The notes: generated from the sequence alone by a model not told the origin. 32,000 nucleotides of DNA from Erysipelothrix larvae (GCF_001545095.1 NZ_CP013213.1:1170001-1202000); one strand, 5' to 3'. Numbered from the stretch's first letter, positions 20,683-28,280 are shown. Numbers and translations are program-made.

Positions 20683-22440
20683 ATGGATCAAACAAAAATA
20701 AAGAAATCTGATACACTCATTTTCGCATTAGGTGGATTGGGCGAAGTTGGAAAGAATATGTATGTATTCGAACAAGATGATGAAATTGTAATCATCGATG
20801 CGGGAGTTATGTTTCCTGAAGAAAACTTACTTGGGGTTGACTATGTTATCCCAGATTATTCATACCTCGTACGCAACCAAAAGAAAATTAAAGCATTGAT
20901 TATCACCCACGGTCACGAAGACCATATCGGGGGTATTCCATTCTTATTACAACGTGTTAATATCCCTGTGATATACGCAACACGCTTTGCGAAAGCACTC
21001 ATTAACCGTAAATTAGAAGAACGTCGCTTAAAAAACAGAACGAAAATTGTAGAAATTGATTCAAAATCAAAAGTTACAACGAAACATTTCAACGTTGGAT
21101 TCTTTAATGTAATCCACTCTATTCCCGATTCATTAGGTGTTTTACTCAATACATCAAATGGTCGTATTGTTTCAACTGGAGACTTTAAATTTGATTTAAC
21201 ACCAGTTGGTGCAAGTTCCGACTATCAAATCATGTCTTACATGGGGGAAATAGGAATTGACTTACTCTTAAGTGATTCAACAAATGCTCAAGTCGCTGGT
21301 TTTTCAATTAGTGAAAAAGATGTTGCGAAATCCATTATGGACATTTTTAGAAAAACAGAAGGACGTATCATTATTGCGACATTTGCATCGAATATGTATC
21401 GTGTAAGCCAAATCATTGATGCAGCGATTGCTTCTGATCGAAAAGTTGCTGTATTTGGTCGTTCCATGGAAAACGTTGTGACAATTGCGCGTAAACTTGG
21501 TCATATTTCAGCAAAAGATAAACACTTCGTAAATGCAAATGAATTAAATCGTTTACCTGCAAGCAAAGTATGTATCTTATGTACTGGATCACAAGGTGAA
21601 CCGCTTGCTGCATTAAGTCGTATTGCAAATGGAACTCACCGCCAAATTCGCATTATGCCTGGAGATACTGTAATCTTCTCATCCAGCCCTATTCCTGGAA
21701 ACGCAAAAAGTGTATCAAATGTCGTAAATCAATTGACGCGAGCTGGAGCAAATGTGCTTACTAATTCGCCTTTGAACTCACTTCATACAACTGGACATGC
21801 TTCTCGAGAAGAACAAAAACTAATGCTTCAACTGATTCAACCAAAATACTTCATGCCAATGCATGGTGAGTATAAAATGTTAAAAACGCATGAACGAACT
21901 GCAATTGAGACGGGTGTACCAAAAGAAAATATCTTTATTTGCGCAAATGGCGATGTTGTTGTATTGCGTGATCACGAAGTCTTTATGTCAGATATCCGAA
22001 TTCCTGCCGATGATATTTATGTTGATGGCAATGATTCAAGTGGTTTATCGACTGCAGTCATTAAAGATCGTAAAATCTTAGCGGACAACGGTCTAGTTTC
22101 TGTTGTGGTAACGATTGATTCTCGATACAACAAGATATTATGCAAACCAAGCATTGTTTCGCGTGGATTTGTATTCATTAAAGAAAATCAAACCTTACTT
22201 AAAGAAGCAGAACAAGTTGTTTATGAAGCATTGAAGAAAAAGATGGCACAAAAAACTACATTCGGTGAAATTAAGAATACAATTCGTTCATCTTTAGAGC
22301 CGTTTTTATTCAAACATACACAACGTAATCCACTGGTTATTCCAGTAATCTTAAACCAAAGAGCAGCAATGCAATCGTATCAAAAAGAACCAAGTCACAA
22401 AGGACACCACGCTAAAAATGCGAAAGCTTCTGAATCTTAA
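20683..22440 (+). CDS. rnj: Ribonuclease J
   Basis: Metallo-beta-lactamase HGHEDHIGG, beta-CASP region, and C-terminal domain, at ~585 aa. AGGAG SD. Confidence 0.93.
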   Translation: MDQTKIKKSDTLIFALGGLGEVGKNMYVFEQDDEIVIIDAGVMFPEENLLGVDYVIPDYSYLVRNQKKIKALIITHGHEDHIGGIPFLLQRVNIPVIYATRFAKALINRKLEERRLKNRTKIVEIDSKSKVTTKHFNVGFFNVIHSIPDSLGVLLNTSNGRIVSTGDFKFDLTPVGASSDYQIMSYMGEIGIDLLLSDSTNAQVAGFSISEKDVAKSIMDIFRKTEGRIIIATFASNMYRVSQIIDAAIASDRKVAVFGRSMENVVTIARKLGHISAKDKHFVNANELNRLPASKVCILCTGSQGEPLAALSRIANGTHRQIRIMPGDTVIFSSSPIPGNAKSVSNVVNQLTRAGANVLTNSPLNSLHTTGHASREEQKLMLQLIQPKYFMPMHGEYKMLKTHERTAIETGVPKENIFICANGDVVVLRDHEVFMSDIRIPADDIYVDGNDSSGLSTAVIKDRKILADNGLVSVVVTIDSRYNKILCKPSIVSRGFVFIKENQTLLKEAEQVVYEALKKKMAQKTTFGEIKNTIRSSLEPFLFKHTQRNPLVIPVILNQRAAMQSYQKEPSHKGHHAKNAKASES

Positions 22441-23233
22441 GAAACTATTTATCGTGGTTTGTGTCATTGCAATTGGTGTTCTCGTATACTTTGAAATTAC
22501 ACATTTTGCCCCTTCTCGTCTTCATGCAACCAATTATTCAGTGCGCGATGCATCCATTCCTAAGGATTTTGACACCGTTACTATTGCGGTGTTCTCCGAT
22601 GTTTATGGTGATATTGATAAACTGAATAAAGCGGTAGATATGATGAATATGCGAAGTCCAGATGTTGTTGTATTTCTAGGAAACCTGTTAAACACCAATG
22701 ACGAGGCATCAATCAATGAAATCACAACAGCGCTATCCAATATTAATGCTCCACTTGGTAAGTATGCAATATTCGGACAGTATGATACGTTTAATTATGA
22801 AAGTGTAACGAAAGTACTTGATCAAAGTGATTTTAGATTGACTCAAAACAGAACGGTAAACCTTCATAACTTTACTGATTCAAACATTCAATTTCTCTTT
22901 TTAGATGAAACGAATACCGAGCAAAAAGTTAATGATGTTCTTGAAACACTGGATGATTCAAGCTTTACTATGACCTTCATGAATAATCCGAATCTTGTGC
23001 AGTTAATTAGTGATAAAAATCTAAAGGTATCAGTAGCTGGTGAAACATTGGGTGGCAAAGTAAACCTTCCATTAATCGGATCGCTTTTCTTTAAAGATAC
23101 CTATACTGATTCAGATGTAACGATTGGCAATACACGTTTGCTTCTGTCAAATGGTATTGCGACACCTGAACCAGTTGTGCGATTATTCGCAGACCCTAAC
23201 ATCTTATTTATTACACTTAACGCCTCAGAGTAA
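22418..23233 (+). CDS. Membrane-anchored calcineurin-like metallophosphoesterase homologue with degenerate active-site motifs
   Basis: N-terminal TM helix (LFIVVCVIAIGVLVYF). The YkuE/YpbG-type scaffold is recognisable (APLGKYAI, LGGKVNLPLIGSLF), but the catalytic motifs read SDVYG, LGNLLN, FGQYD, MNNPN and GETLGG. The start overlaps the rnj stop by 23 nt. Confidence 0.7.
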   Translation: MRKLLNLKKLFIVVCVIAIGVLVYFEITHFAPSRLHATNYSVRDASIPKDFDTVTIAVFSDVYGDIDKLNKAVDMMNMRSPDVVVFLGNLLNTNDEASINEITTALSNINAPLGKYAIFGQYDTFNYESVTKVLDQSDFRLTQNRTVNLHNFTDSNIQFLFLDETNTEQKVNDVLETLDDSSFTMTFMNNPNLVQLISDKNLKVSVAGETLGGKVNLPLIGSLFFKDTYTDSDVTIGNTRLLLSNGIATPEPVVRLFADPNILFITLNASE

Positions 23234-23247
23234 ATCTGGGGCGTTTT
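23222..23247 (+). terminator. Hairpin with a short T-run between the phosphoesterase-like gene and the ytqB-like gene (weak terminator or attenuator)
   Basis: GCCTCAGA-gtaaa-TCTGGGGC (8 bp including one G-U pair) followed by GTTTT. The stop codon is in the loop. Confidence 0.35.
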
Positions 23248-23258
23248 AGGAGGCTTAT

Positions 23259-23792
23259 ATGACACAAAGAATCACAAACCTAACAAAGACTCATCAATGG
23301 ATTGAAAAGCGCTTAGATCCGACGAAAAGCGTTGTAATCGATATGACATGCGGAAACGGACATGATACATTATTTCTGGCTCAACATTGTTATCATGTAT
23401 ATGCAATTGATATCCAAGCACAAGCCATTGAAAACACAAAAAAACGTACCCGAGACTTTAAGAATATAACCACTATACTTAAAGATCACAGTACGCTTGA
23501 TTTTCATGAATTTGGTCCCATTGATGGGGCAATTTATAACTTAGGATATTTACCAGGTGGTGACAAATCGATCATCACTACTAAAGAAACAACATTGCAA
23601 TCATTACACGCCTTAGTATCAGTGGTAACATCCTTTCTGGTAATTACCTGTTATCCGAGACATGATGGTGGCAGTGAAGAAACACACGCTGTTCAAAACT
23701 TCATCCATTCCCTGAACAAACCAATAACCCAATTTACGTATGATAAGCCTTTGAGCCCAATTACATATTGCATTGATCTGCGTAATACTTAA
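23259..23792 (+). CDS. YtqB-like class I SAM-dependent methyltransferase (MnmM-type family)
   Basis: DMTCGNGHDT and NLGYLPGGDKSI strings closely match my recollection of Bacillus YtqB. AGGAGG SD. Confidence 0.75.
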   Translation: MTQRITNLTKTHQWIEKRLDPTKSVVIDMTCGNGHDTLFLAQHCYHVYAIDIQAQAIENTKKRTRDFKNITTILKDHSTLDFHEFGPIDGAIYNLGYLPGGDKSIITTKETTLQSLHALVSVVTSFLVITCYPRHDGGSEETHAVQNFIHSLNKPITQFTYDKPLSPITYCIDLRNT

Positions 23793-24267
23793 ATGCTTGG
23801 TAATCGCGATCATGTACCAACTTGTCGACTGAAGAATCCCCAGTCTTTAGGATTTCGAGCCATTCGTTCAATGGTTTATGTTCAATACCTTTGATTAGAA
23901 CTTTCTCAACGTCAGTTTGGTTGGATGAAGTCTCACCTACGATACGACAAACATAATACCGTTCGACATTGATTCGATTCAGAAGATTGTAATGACCCAC
24001 TACCATCCCTAAAAACGATTCAATCTCACAAAGCACACCCAGCTCTTCTTCCATTTCACGCAGAAGGGCTTTTTCATATCCCTCACCGACTTCTACGCCG
24101 CCTCCAGGTGTTTCATAGTGGTTTCGGATTCCAAAAAAATCTTCCCCTTCAATTTTTAACATAACAAAATTTCCATCAGCATCTTTAACCAAACCTCTAA
24201 CAGTTCGTCTAATTGATGAAAATCCTTCATTTTTAAAGTATTTATCTTCTAATTCTTTGAATAACAT
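23761..24267 (-). CDS. Nudix hydrolase
   Basis: Intact Nudix box GGGVEVGEGYEKALLREMEEELGV. Start trimmed to ATG 24267 (MLFKELEDKYF) with GGAGG 7 nt upstream. The ORF-track extension runs back through the leader and promoter. Confidence 0.85.
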   Translation of the reverse strand: MLFKELEDKYFKNEGFSSIRRTVRGLVKDADGNFVMLKIEGEDFFGIRNHYETPGGGVEVGEGYEKALLREMEEELGVLCEIESFLGMVVGHYNLLNRINVERYYVCRIVGETSSNQTDVEKVLIKGIEHKPLNEWLEILKTGDSSVDKLVHDRDYQAFKYYADQCNM

Positions 24268-24286
24268 AATCGTACCTCCAAAGTAT

Positions 24287-24365
24287 AAAAAAAAGCGGAT
24301 CACCATATTGTCTTGGGTGGGGGGTAAAGAACATTTGGTGACCCACATTCGATCATCGCTGACCA
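24287..24365 (-). ncRNA. Candidate ~80-nt leader RNA or sRNA: long interrupted hairpin with a 12-nt C-rich apical loop, then GC plus U8
   Basis: Hand fold of 5'-GUGGGUCACCAAAUGUUCUU-UACCCCCCACCC-AAGACAAUAUGGUGAUCC-GC-UUUUUUUU. The basal helix is 9 bp and the inner helix about 8 bp with two bulges. It starts ~20 nt after the predicted TSS and ends 20 nt before the Nudix ATG. Confidence 0.4.
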
Positions 24366-24371
24366 AATATA

Positions 24372-24400
24372 ATTATAGTTTATGCCTATAAAATTGTCAA
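24372..24400 (-). promoter_or_regulatory. Perfect consensus sigmaA promoter upstream of the Nudix gene leader
   Basis: The minus strand reads TTGACA-attttataggcataaac-TATAAT, with an exactly 17-nt spacer. Confidence 0.8.
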
Positions 24401-24533
24401 GAAACTTAAGCAAAAACATCAACAATTTTTGATGAATTTGATTTATTATTTGTTTCATGAATCACCAAAGTACTCATATTAGTTTCTATATTTGAAAAAA
24501 TAATCATAAAACTGCTCATTCTTCCAAAATATC

Positions 24534-24580
24534 CCGTTATAATTTGCTTATATAGACGTTTGTTGAACAAAATTTAACGG
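24534..24580. repeat. Imperfect inverted repeat (CCGTTATAATTT ... AAATTTAACGG) with a 24-nt spacer
   Basis: 11 of 12 positions are complementary, with one bulged T. It lies just downstream of an orphan extended -10 on the minus strand. Confidence 0.5.
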
Positions 24581-24705
24581 CTTAATCAACTATTATATCA
24601 TTTATCCAGCACTTTCTACTTTCGTAATATGAAAGTGATAAACGATAATAAGTCTTCATATATAACTTTAAATATCTGAATAAAAAATATTGAATTATGC
24701 ATTGG

Positions 24706-24723
24706 TATCTATAATATCTATAA
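24706..24723. repeat. Perfect tandem 9-mer x2 (TATCTATAA TATCTATAA)
   Basis: Read directly from the AT-rich spacer downstream of the ccpA terminator. Confidence 0.6.
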
Positions 24724-24767
24724 CGATTCACGCAAAAGAACTTAAATATTCTATGCATTCTCTCTCT

Positions 24768-24795
24768 AAAATAAAAAAGATGCAAAAAGTGCACC
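24768..24795 (-). terminator. Rho-independent terminator of the ccpA-like gene
   Basis: The minus strand reads GGUGCA-CUUUU-UGCAUC followed by UUUUUUAUUUU, 12 nt after the stop codon. Confidence 0.7.
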
Positions 24796-24807
24796 TTTAG
24801 AAGTTCA

Positions 24808-25800
24808 TTATTTCGTTGTTTGACGTGGTGTAAAGAGATAGCTTAATTCAATTTCACGATCATCAATCTCATCATCATTGAGCATCTTAGTTAAAACACG
24901 CATTGCAACTGCTCCAAGGTCATATGATGGAATTGCAAAGCTTGAAAGACGCGGACGCACCATGTTGTTGTATTTAGAATCAATGAGACATACAACTTCC
25001 AATTCATCAGGGATGCTCACATTGCATTCGTTTGCTGCATTGAGTGCAGAAATTGCTTGTGAGTCTCGGTTTGCAGTTAAGAAGTTATACGGTAATGTTT
25101 GAATTGTGTCTTTAAAGTAATCATAAGAACGACGGTATTCTCCAGGAATTTCAATATAGCCATCCCCTTCAAAACCCAGTTCTTCATACGCACGTTTTAA
25201 CCCACGAATCATTTCCTGAGTTGTGAATTCATTTTTTCTATCTTGGATTACACCAACTTTACAATCAGGATTTGCTTTCATTTTCTTTAATGCAAGCTCA
25301 TAAACTGCTTTTTCAATATCCACAAATACTGACGATATATTTCCATCAGACATACGGTTACCAATTAATACGATTGGGAACTGATATTTACTTAATTCAG
25401 CAAGTTCATTTTCTAAAAGTTGATCATTATAAATAATAACACCATCAACACGTGATTTAATAATACCGTCGATGATATCGTCAATATCTACAATCCCCTC
25501 AGACATTGTATGTAACATAATATTGTACTTGTAGATTTTCGCAACATCAATCAATCCATTGATAATTTGACCCGTGTAACCAAAACTTGCTTCTGGAACT
25601 ACGAGTGCAATTGTTGTGGATTTTTGTAATGCTAATCCTTGAGCAATCGCATTTGGTTTGTAACCCAGTTTGCTGATTGCTTCTTCTACCTTAATACGTG
25701 TTTCGTCACGAACAATTTCTAAACCATTAATTACGCGTGATACTGTAGCAAGAGATACACCAGCCTCTTTTGCTACATCATAGATCGTCACTCTTTTCAT
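24808..25800 (-). CDS. ccpA: LacI-family regulator, CcpA-like
   Basis: HTH TIYDVAKEAGVSLATVSRVING. The C-terminal MVRPRLSSFAIPSYDLGAVAMRVLTKML is very close to my recollection of Bacillus CcpA. The murC-ytxG...ccpA synteny supports the call. Start trimmed to ATG 25800 (GAGGAG SD). Confidence 0.7.
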   Translation of the reverse strand: MKRVTIYDVAKEAGVSLATVSRVINGLEIVRDETRIKVEEAISKLGYKPNAIAQGLALQKSTTIALVVPEASFGYTGQIINGLIDVAKIYKYNIMLHTMSEGIVDIDDIIDGIIKSRVDGVIIYNDQLLENELAELSKYQFPIVLIGNRMSDGNISSVFVDIEKAVYELALKKMKANPDCKVGVIQDRKNEFTTQEMIRGLKRAYEELGFEGDGYIEIPGEYRRSYDYFKDTIQTLPYNFLTANRDSQAISALNAANECNVSIPDELEVVCLIDSKYNNMVRPRLSSFAIPSYDLGAVAMRVLTKMLNDDEIDDREIELSYLFTPRQTTK

Positions 25801-26482
25801 TATTCTCTCCTCTGTCTTCAGGTTCTGTTTCTTCATTATCATTTACTTCTTCTTCAAAATCTGGATAATCACCAAACAAATCATCAACATCTGGTGTTTG
25901 TTTGCTTGTATCAGAGCGAGAATCTAACCATTCTTTTAGTTTCAAAGAACTAACTTTAAGGGCATCCCCACCGATAGTTACGATATCCTTCGCAACGTCT
26001 TTTGTTTTTTGCACACCTTCAATAAATCGTGGATCTTCAGATACAGTATGAATCGTTTCCTTCACCTTTTCATACCCATCTTGTGCAACATCTTTAATTT
26101 TGTCTACAGTTTCAGGAGTGTTTACTTTGTCAACGACTTTGCGCGCACCTTCATAAACATTTTGATAGACATCTTTCACAGATGACCCCACAGATTTATC
26201 CGAATCAATCACTGTAAGTGCAGATTCTAATATTGAACGATTTTTCTCTACAAGAACATCTACACGATCTTCAACCATTGCATGGTCTTTAAATTGTGAA
26301 ATGATTTCTAGGGAACGAACGTTCATATCGTTTAATGTTGAAATGGTTTTATCTCTAAAATCGATAAGTCGATCTTGATTCTTTTTCTTTGAAATCAAAT
26401 CATTACTTTGTCGATAAAAGTCATAAATTAAATCATCAATTTCGTATACTACTTCTGTTAAATATGCATCATATTTACTCAT
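25778..26482 (-). CDS. Hypothetical all-helical protein with KDV-type repeats and a strongly acidic C-terminal tail (YtxH/LEA-like general-stress flavour)
   Basis: Start trimmed to ATG 26482 (MSKYDAYL), with AGGAGGA 11 nt upstream. No TM helix. Recurring VKDVYQNV, IKDVAQDG and TKDVAKDI segments. Tail DFEEEVNDNEETEPEDRGENNEKSDDL. Overlaps both neighbouring genes. Confidence 0.6.
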   Translation of the reverse strand: MSKYDAYLTEVVYEIDDLIYDFYRQSNDLISKKKNQDRLIDFRDKTISTLNDMNVRSLEIISQFKDHAMVEDRVDVLVEKNRSILESALTVIDSDKSVGSSVKDVYQNVYEGARKVVDKVNTPETVDKIKDVAQDGYEKVKETIHTVSEDPRFIEGVQKTKDVAKDIVTIGGDALKVSSLKLKEWLDSRSDTSKQTPDVDDLFGDYPDFEEEVNDNEETEPEDRGENNEKSDDL

Positions 26483-26900
26483 AAACACCAAAATCCTCCT
26501 CTTTGACCTCTTGATCATCTGATTCCTTATCTGAATGTTTCTTATTTGAAGCGAAGATATCTTTCCCCCAGTTAACAAGAGAGTCTGAATTCTTGATTGC
26601 ATATGTTGCAACACTAGCTACAACACCGTTCGCAGCAGAATTAACTTTGTCTACGGTTTGAGCGACACCCACAATTGCATCCATCGGCTCGTTAAGCTTG
26701 TCAATAAGTTCATTGGCAGTATCAACGGTTTTATCTAAGTTATCAATTGTCTTATTCATACGTTCAACTGTTTGTGGCAATGGTTTAACCATAACCATCA
26801 AACGATAAATAAGAATTGCTAGAAAGATTAGGCATATCAAGCCAACAAATGGCAATAGTAATAATGAAACATCGTGTAATGACTCTAAAAGTGCATCCAT
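26475..26900 (-). CDS. DUF948/YtxG-like membrane-anchored general stress protein
   Basis: One N-terminal TM helix (LLLLPFVGLICLIFLAILIY) followed by helical repeats (TVERMNKTIDNLDKTVDTANELIDKLNEP). Sits next to murC as ytxG does in Bacillus. GAGGTG SD. Confidence 0.65.
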   Translation of the reverse strand: MDALLESLHDVSLLLLPFVGLICLIFLAILIYRLMVMVKPLPQTVERMNKTIDNLDKTVDTANELIDKLNEPMDAIVGVAQTVDKVNSAANGVVASVATYAIKNSDSLVNWGKDIFASNKKHSDKESDDQEVKEEDFGVYE

Positions 26901-26925
26901 TTAATTATCACCTCTTTTAATAAAT

Positions 26926-26954
26926 ATTATACACATTAATGAAACTGTTTTCAA
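26926..26954 (-). promoter_or_regulatory. Promoter for the ytxG-like / helical protein / ccpA-like operon (TTGAAA-N17-TATAAT)
   Basis: The minus strand reads TTGAAA-acagtttcattaatgtg-TATAAT. The -35 abuts the murC stop codon. GAGGTG SD and ATG 26900 follow. Confidence 0.7.
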
Positions 26955-28280
26955 TCATTGTAAATGGTCTTTCAGTAAATTTTTCAAATTATAAACGTCT
27001 TTATCGCTCATAAATACATAAACGGCGGGTTCAAAAGCTAAAAGTGCTTGAACGCTTTGCTCATCTTCATCGACCATAAAAGCGCCCTCAATTCGTGATT
27101 GAAGGAACGTTGCATCAATATCAATCCCATCTTGAGCATCATCAATGCTGGTGAAGGGACAAATTGCAACTTCATCTGCAATTGATAATGACGTGATAAA
27201 TTCATTGATAAAATGATAGATTCGCCCTACTCTATGCGGTTTAAATATTGCAACAATTTTTTTATTTGGATAGCGTATGCGTGTTGCTTCTAATGTTACT
27301 TTTATTTCTGTTGGATGGTGAGCATAGTCATCGATTAGAATGGACTCACCGACTGTTTCAATGCTGTAACGGCGTTTTGCACCACTAAAGTTTTGAAGAC
27401 CTCTTTCAATTAAATCAACCGGGATTTCTTCATATAGTCCAACTGCAATTACAGATAATGCATTTAATATCATATGATCACCAACAAGTGGTAAATCAAA
27501 GCGTTTAATGAATTGTCCATGGGCAATCACATCAAAATATGAATGTGTCTCGCTGCGGTCGATATTAATTGCTTGAAAGTCATTCTTAGTCGAAAAACCA
27601 TAGGTTAACGTTGTTGGCGCAAGATTTAAACGTGCAAAGTGTGGGTCATCACCCCATGCAATCACTACTTCTTTAACATTTTTTGAAAATTCATTGTAGG
27701 CACTAAGGTAATCGGCTTCATCTTTAAAATAATCGACGTGATCCAATTCAAAGTTTGTCATAACCGCAATATCAGGATGGTATGCTAAAAAATGACGTCT
27801 AAACTCACACGCCTCTACTGCAAAATAATAATCATCGTTTTCTACAAGCCCACTACCATCACCAATGAGATATCCAGTATTCTTATATTCTGAAAGCATA
27901 TCTTTCAGTAAAGTTGTCGTTGTCGTTTTACCATGCGTTCCACTCACGGAAATCGTACGATATTGACCCATCAGGTGCCCTAAGAATTGATGGTAACGAT
28001 ACACTGTAACTGTCTTATTATTTGAAGCAGCAACCACTTCTTCAAACGTATCATCAAATGCATTTCCGACAATCACAATTGTATGATCGCGAATGTTACT
28101 TGGATTGAATGAATAGATGGGAATGTTCGCTTCAATAAGGCGTGTTTCTGTGAAAAAATGCTTGTCTAAGTCTGATCCAGATACGTTATACCCTAAGTCT
28201 TTACAGATTAAGGCTAATGCAGACATCCCTGTGCCCTTAATTCCAATAAAATATATATCTTTATGATTCACTCGAGTCAT
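26955..28280 (-). CDS. murC: UDP-N-acetylmuramate--L-alanine ligase MurC
   Basis: IYFIGIKGTGMSALA, the Mur ligase P-loop VSGTHGKTTTT, and C-terminal DDYAHHP. The start could instead be GTG 28271, which is better spaced from AGGAG. Confidence 0.93.
   Translation of the reverse strand: MTRVNHKDIYFIGIKGTGMSALALICKDLGYNVSGSDLDKHFFTETRLIEANIPIYSFNPSNIRDHTIVIVGNAFDDTFEEVVAASNNKTVTVYRYHQFLGHLMGQYRTISVSGTHGKTTTTTLLKDMLSEYKNTGYLIGDGSGLVENDDYYFAVEACEFRRHFLAYHPDIAVMTNFELDHVDYFKDEADYLSAYNEFSKNVKEVVIAWGDDPHFARLNLAPTTLTYGFSTKNDFQAINIDRSETHSYFDVIAHGQFIKRFDLPLVGDHMILNALSVIAVGLYEEIPVDLIERGLQNFSGAKRRYSIETVGESILIDDYAHHPTEIKVTLEATRIRYPNKKIVAIFKPHRVGRIYHFINEFITSLSIADEVAICPFTSIDDAQDGIDIDATFLQSRIEGAFMVDEDEQSVQALLAFEPAVYVFMSDKDVYNLKNLLKDHLQ

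Noticed and set aside
23303-23317. cre-like sequence TGAAAAGCGCTTAGA inside the ytqB-like gene, considered as a CcpA site.
   Set aside because: Only the central AAGCGCTT core fits. The outer TG/CA positions of the 14-nt cre consensus are out of register. It lies inside a coding region with no nearby promoter.
24315-24324. The G-run GGGTGGGGGG on the plus strand, considered as a G-quadruplex.
   Set aside because: Only two G-tracts are present. The run is better explained as the complement of the C-rich loop of the minus-strand hairpin RNA.
24406-24519. 37-codon small ORF (MSSFMIIFSNIETNMSTLVIHETNNKSNSSKIVDVFA) on the minus strand, considered as a possible small peptide or type I toxin.
   Set aside because: The only purine-rich stretch (GGAAGA) abuts the ATG with about 1 nt of spacing. 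The peptide has no convincing TM helix, and its 3' end runs into the -35 of the Nudix promoter. It is kept only as part of the spacer finding.
24640-24730. Looked for dif-like (XerCD) sites or DnaA-box clusters in the AT-rich spacer, for example TGAATTATGCATTGG and TTATCCAGC.
   Set aside because: The matches are only partial and isolated. There is no recognisable two-arm dif architecture and no repeated TTATCCACA boxes.
24582-24794. 70-aa ORF (MHFLHLFYFRERMHRIF...) in the AT-rich spacer.
   Set aside because: Its Y/R/F/L-rich composition is typical of translating AT-rich non-coding DNA. It has no SD, and it begins inside the ccpA terminator hairpin.
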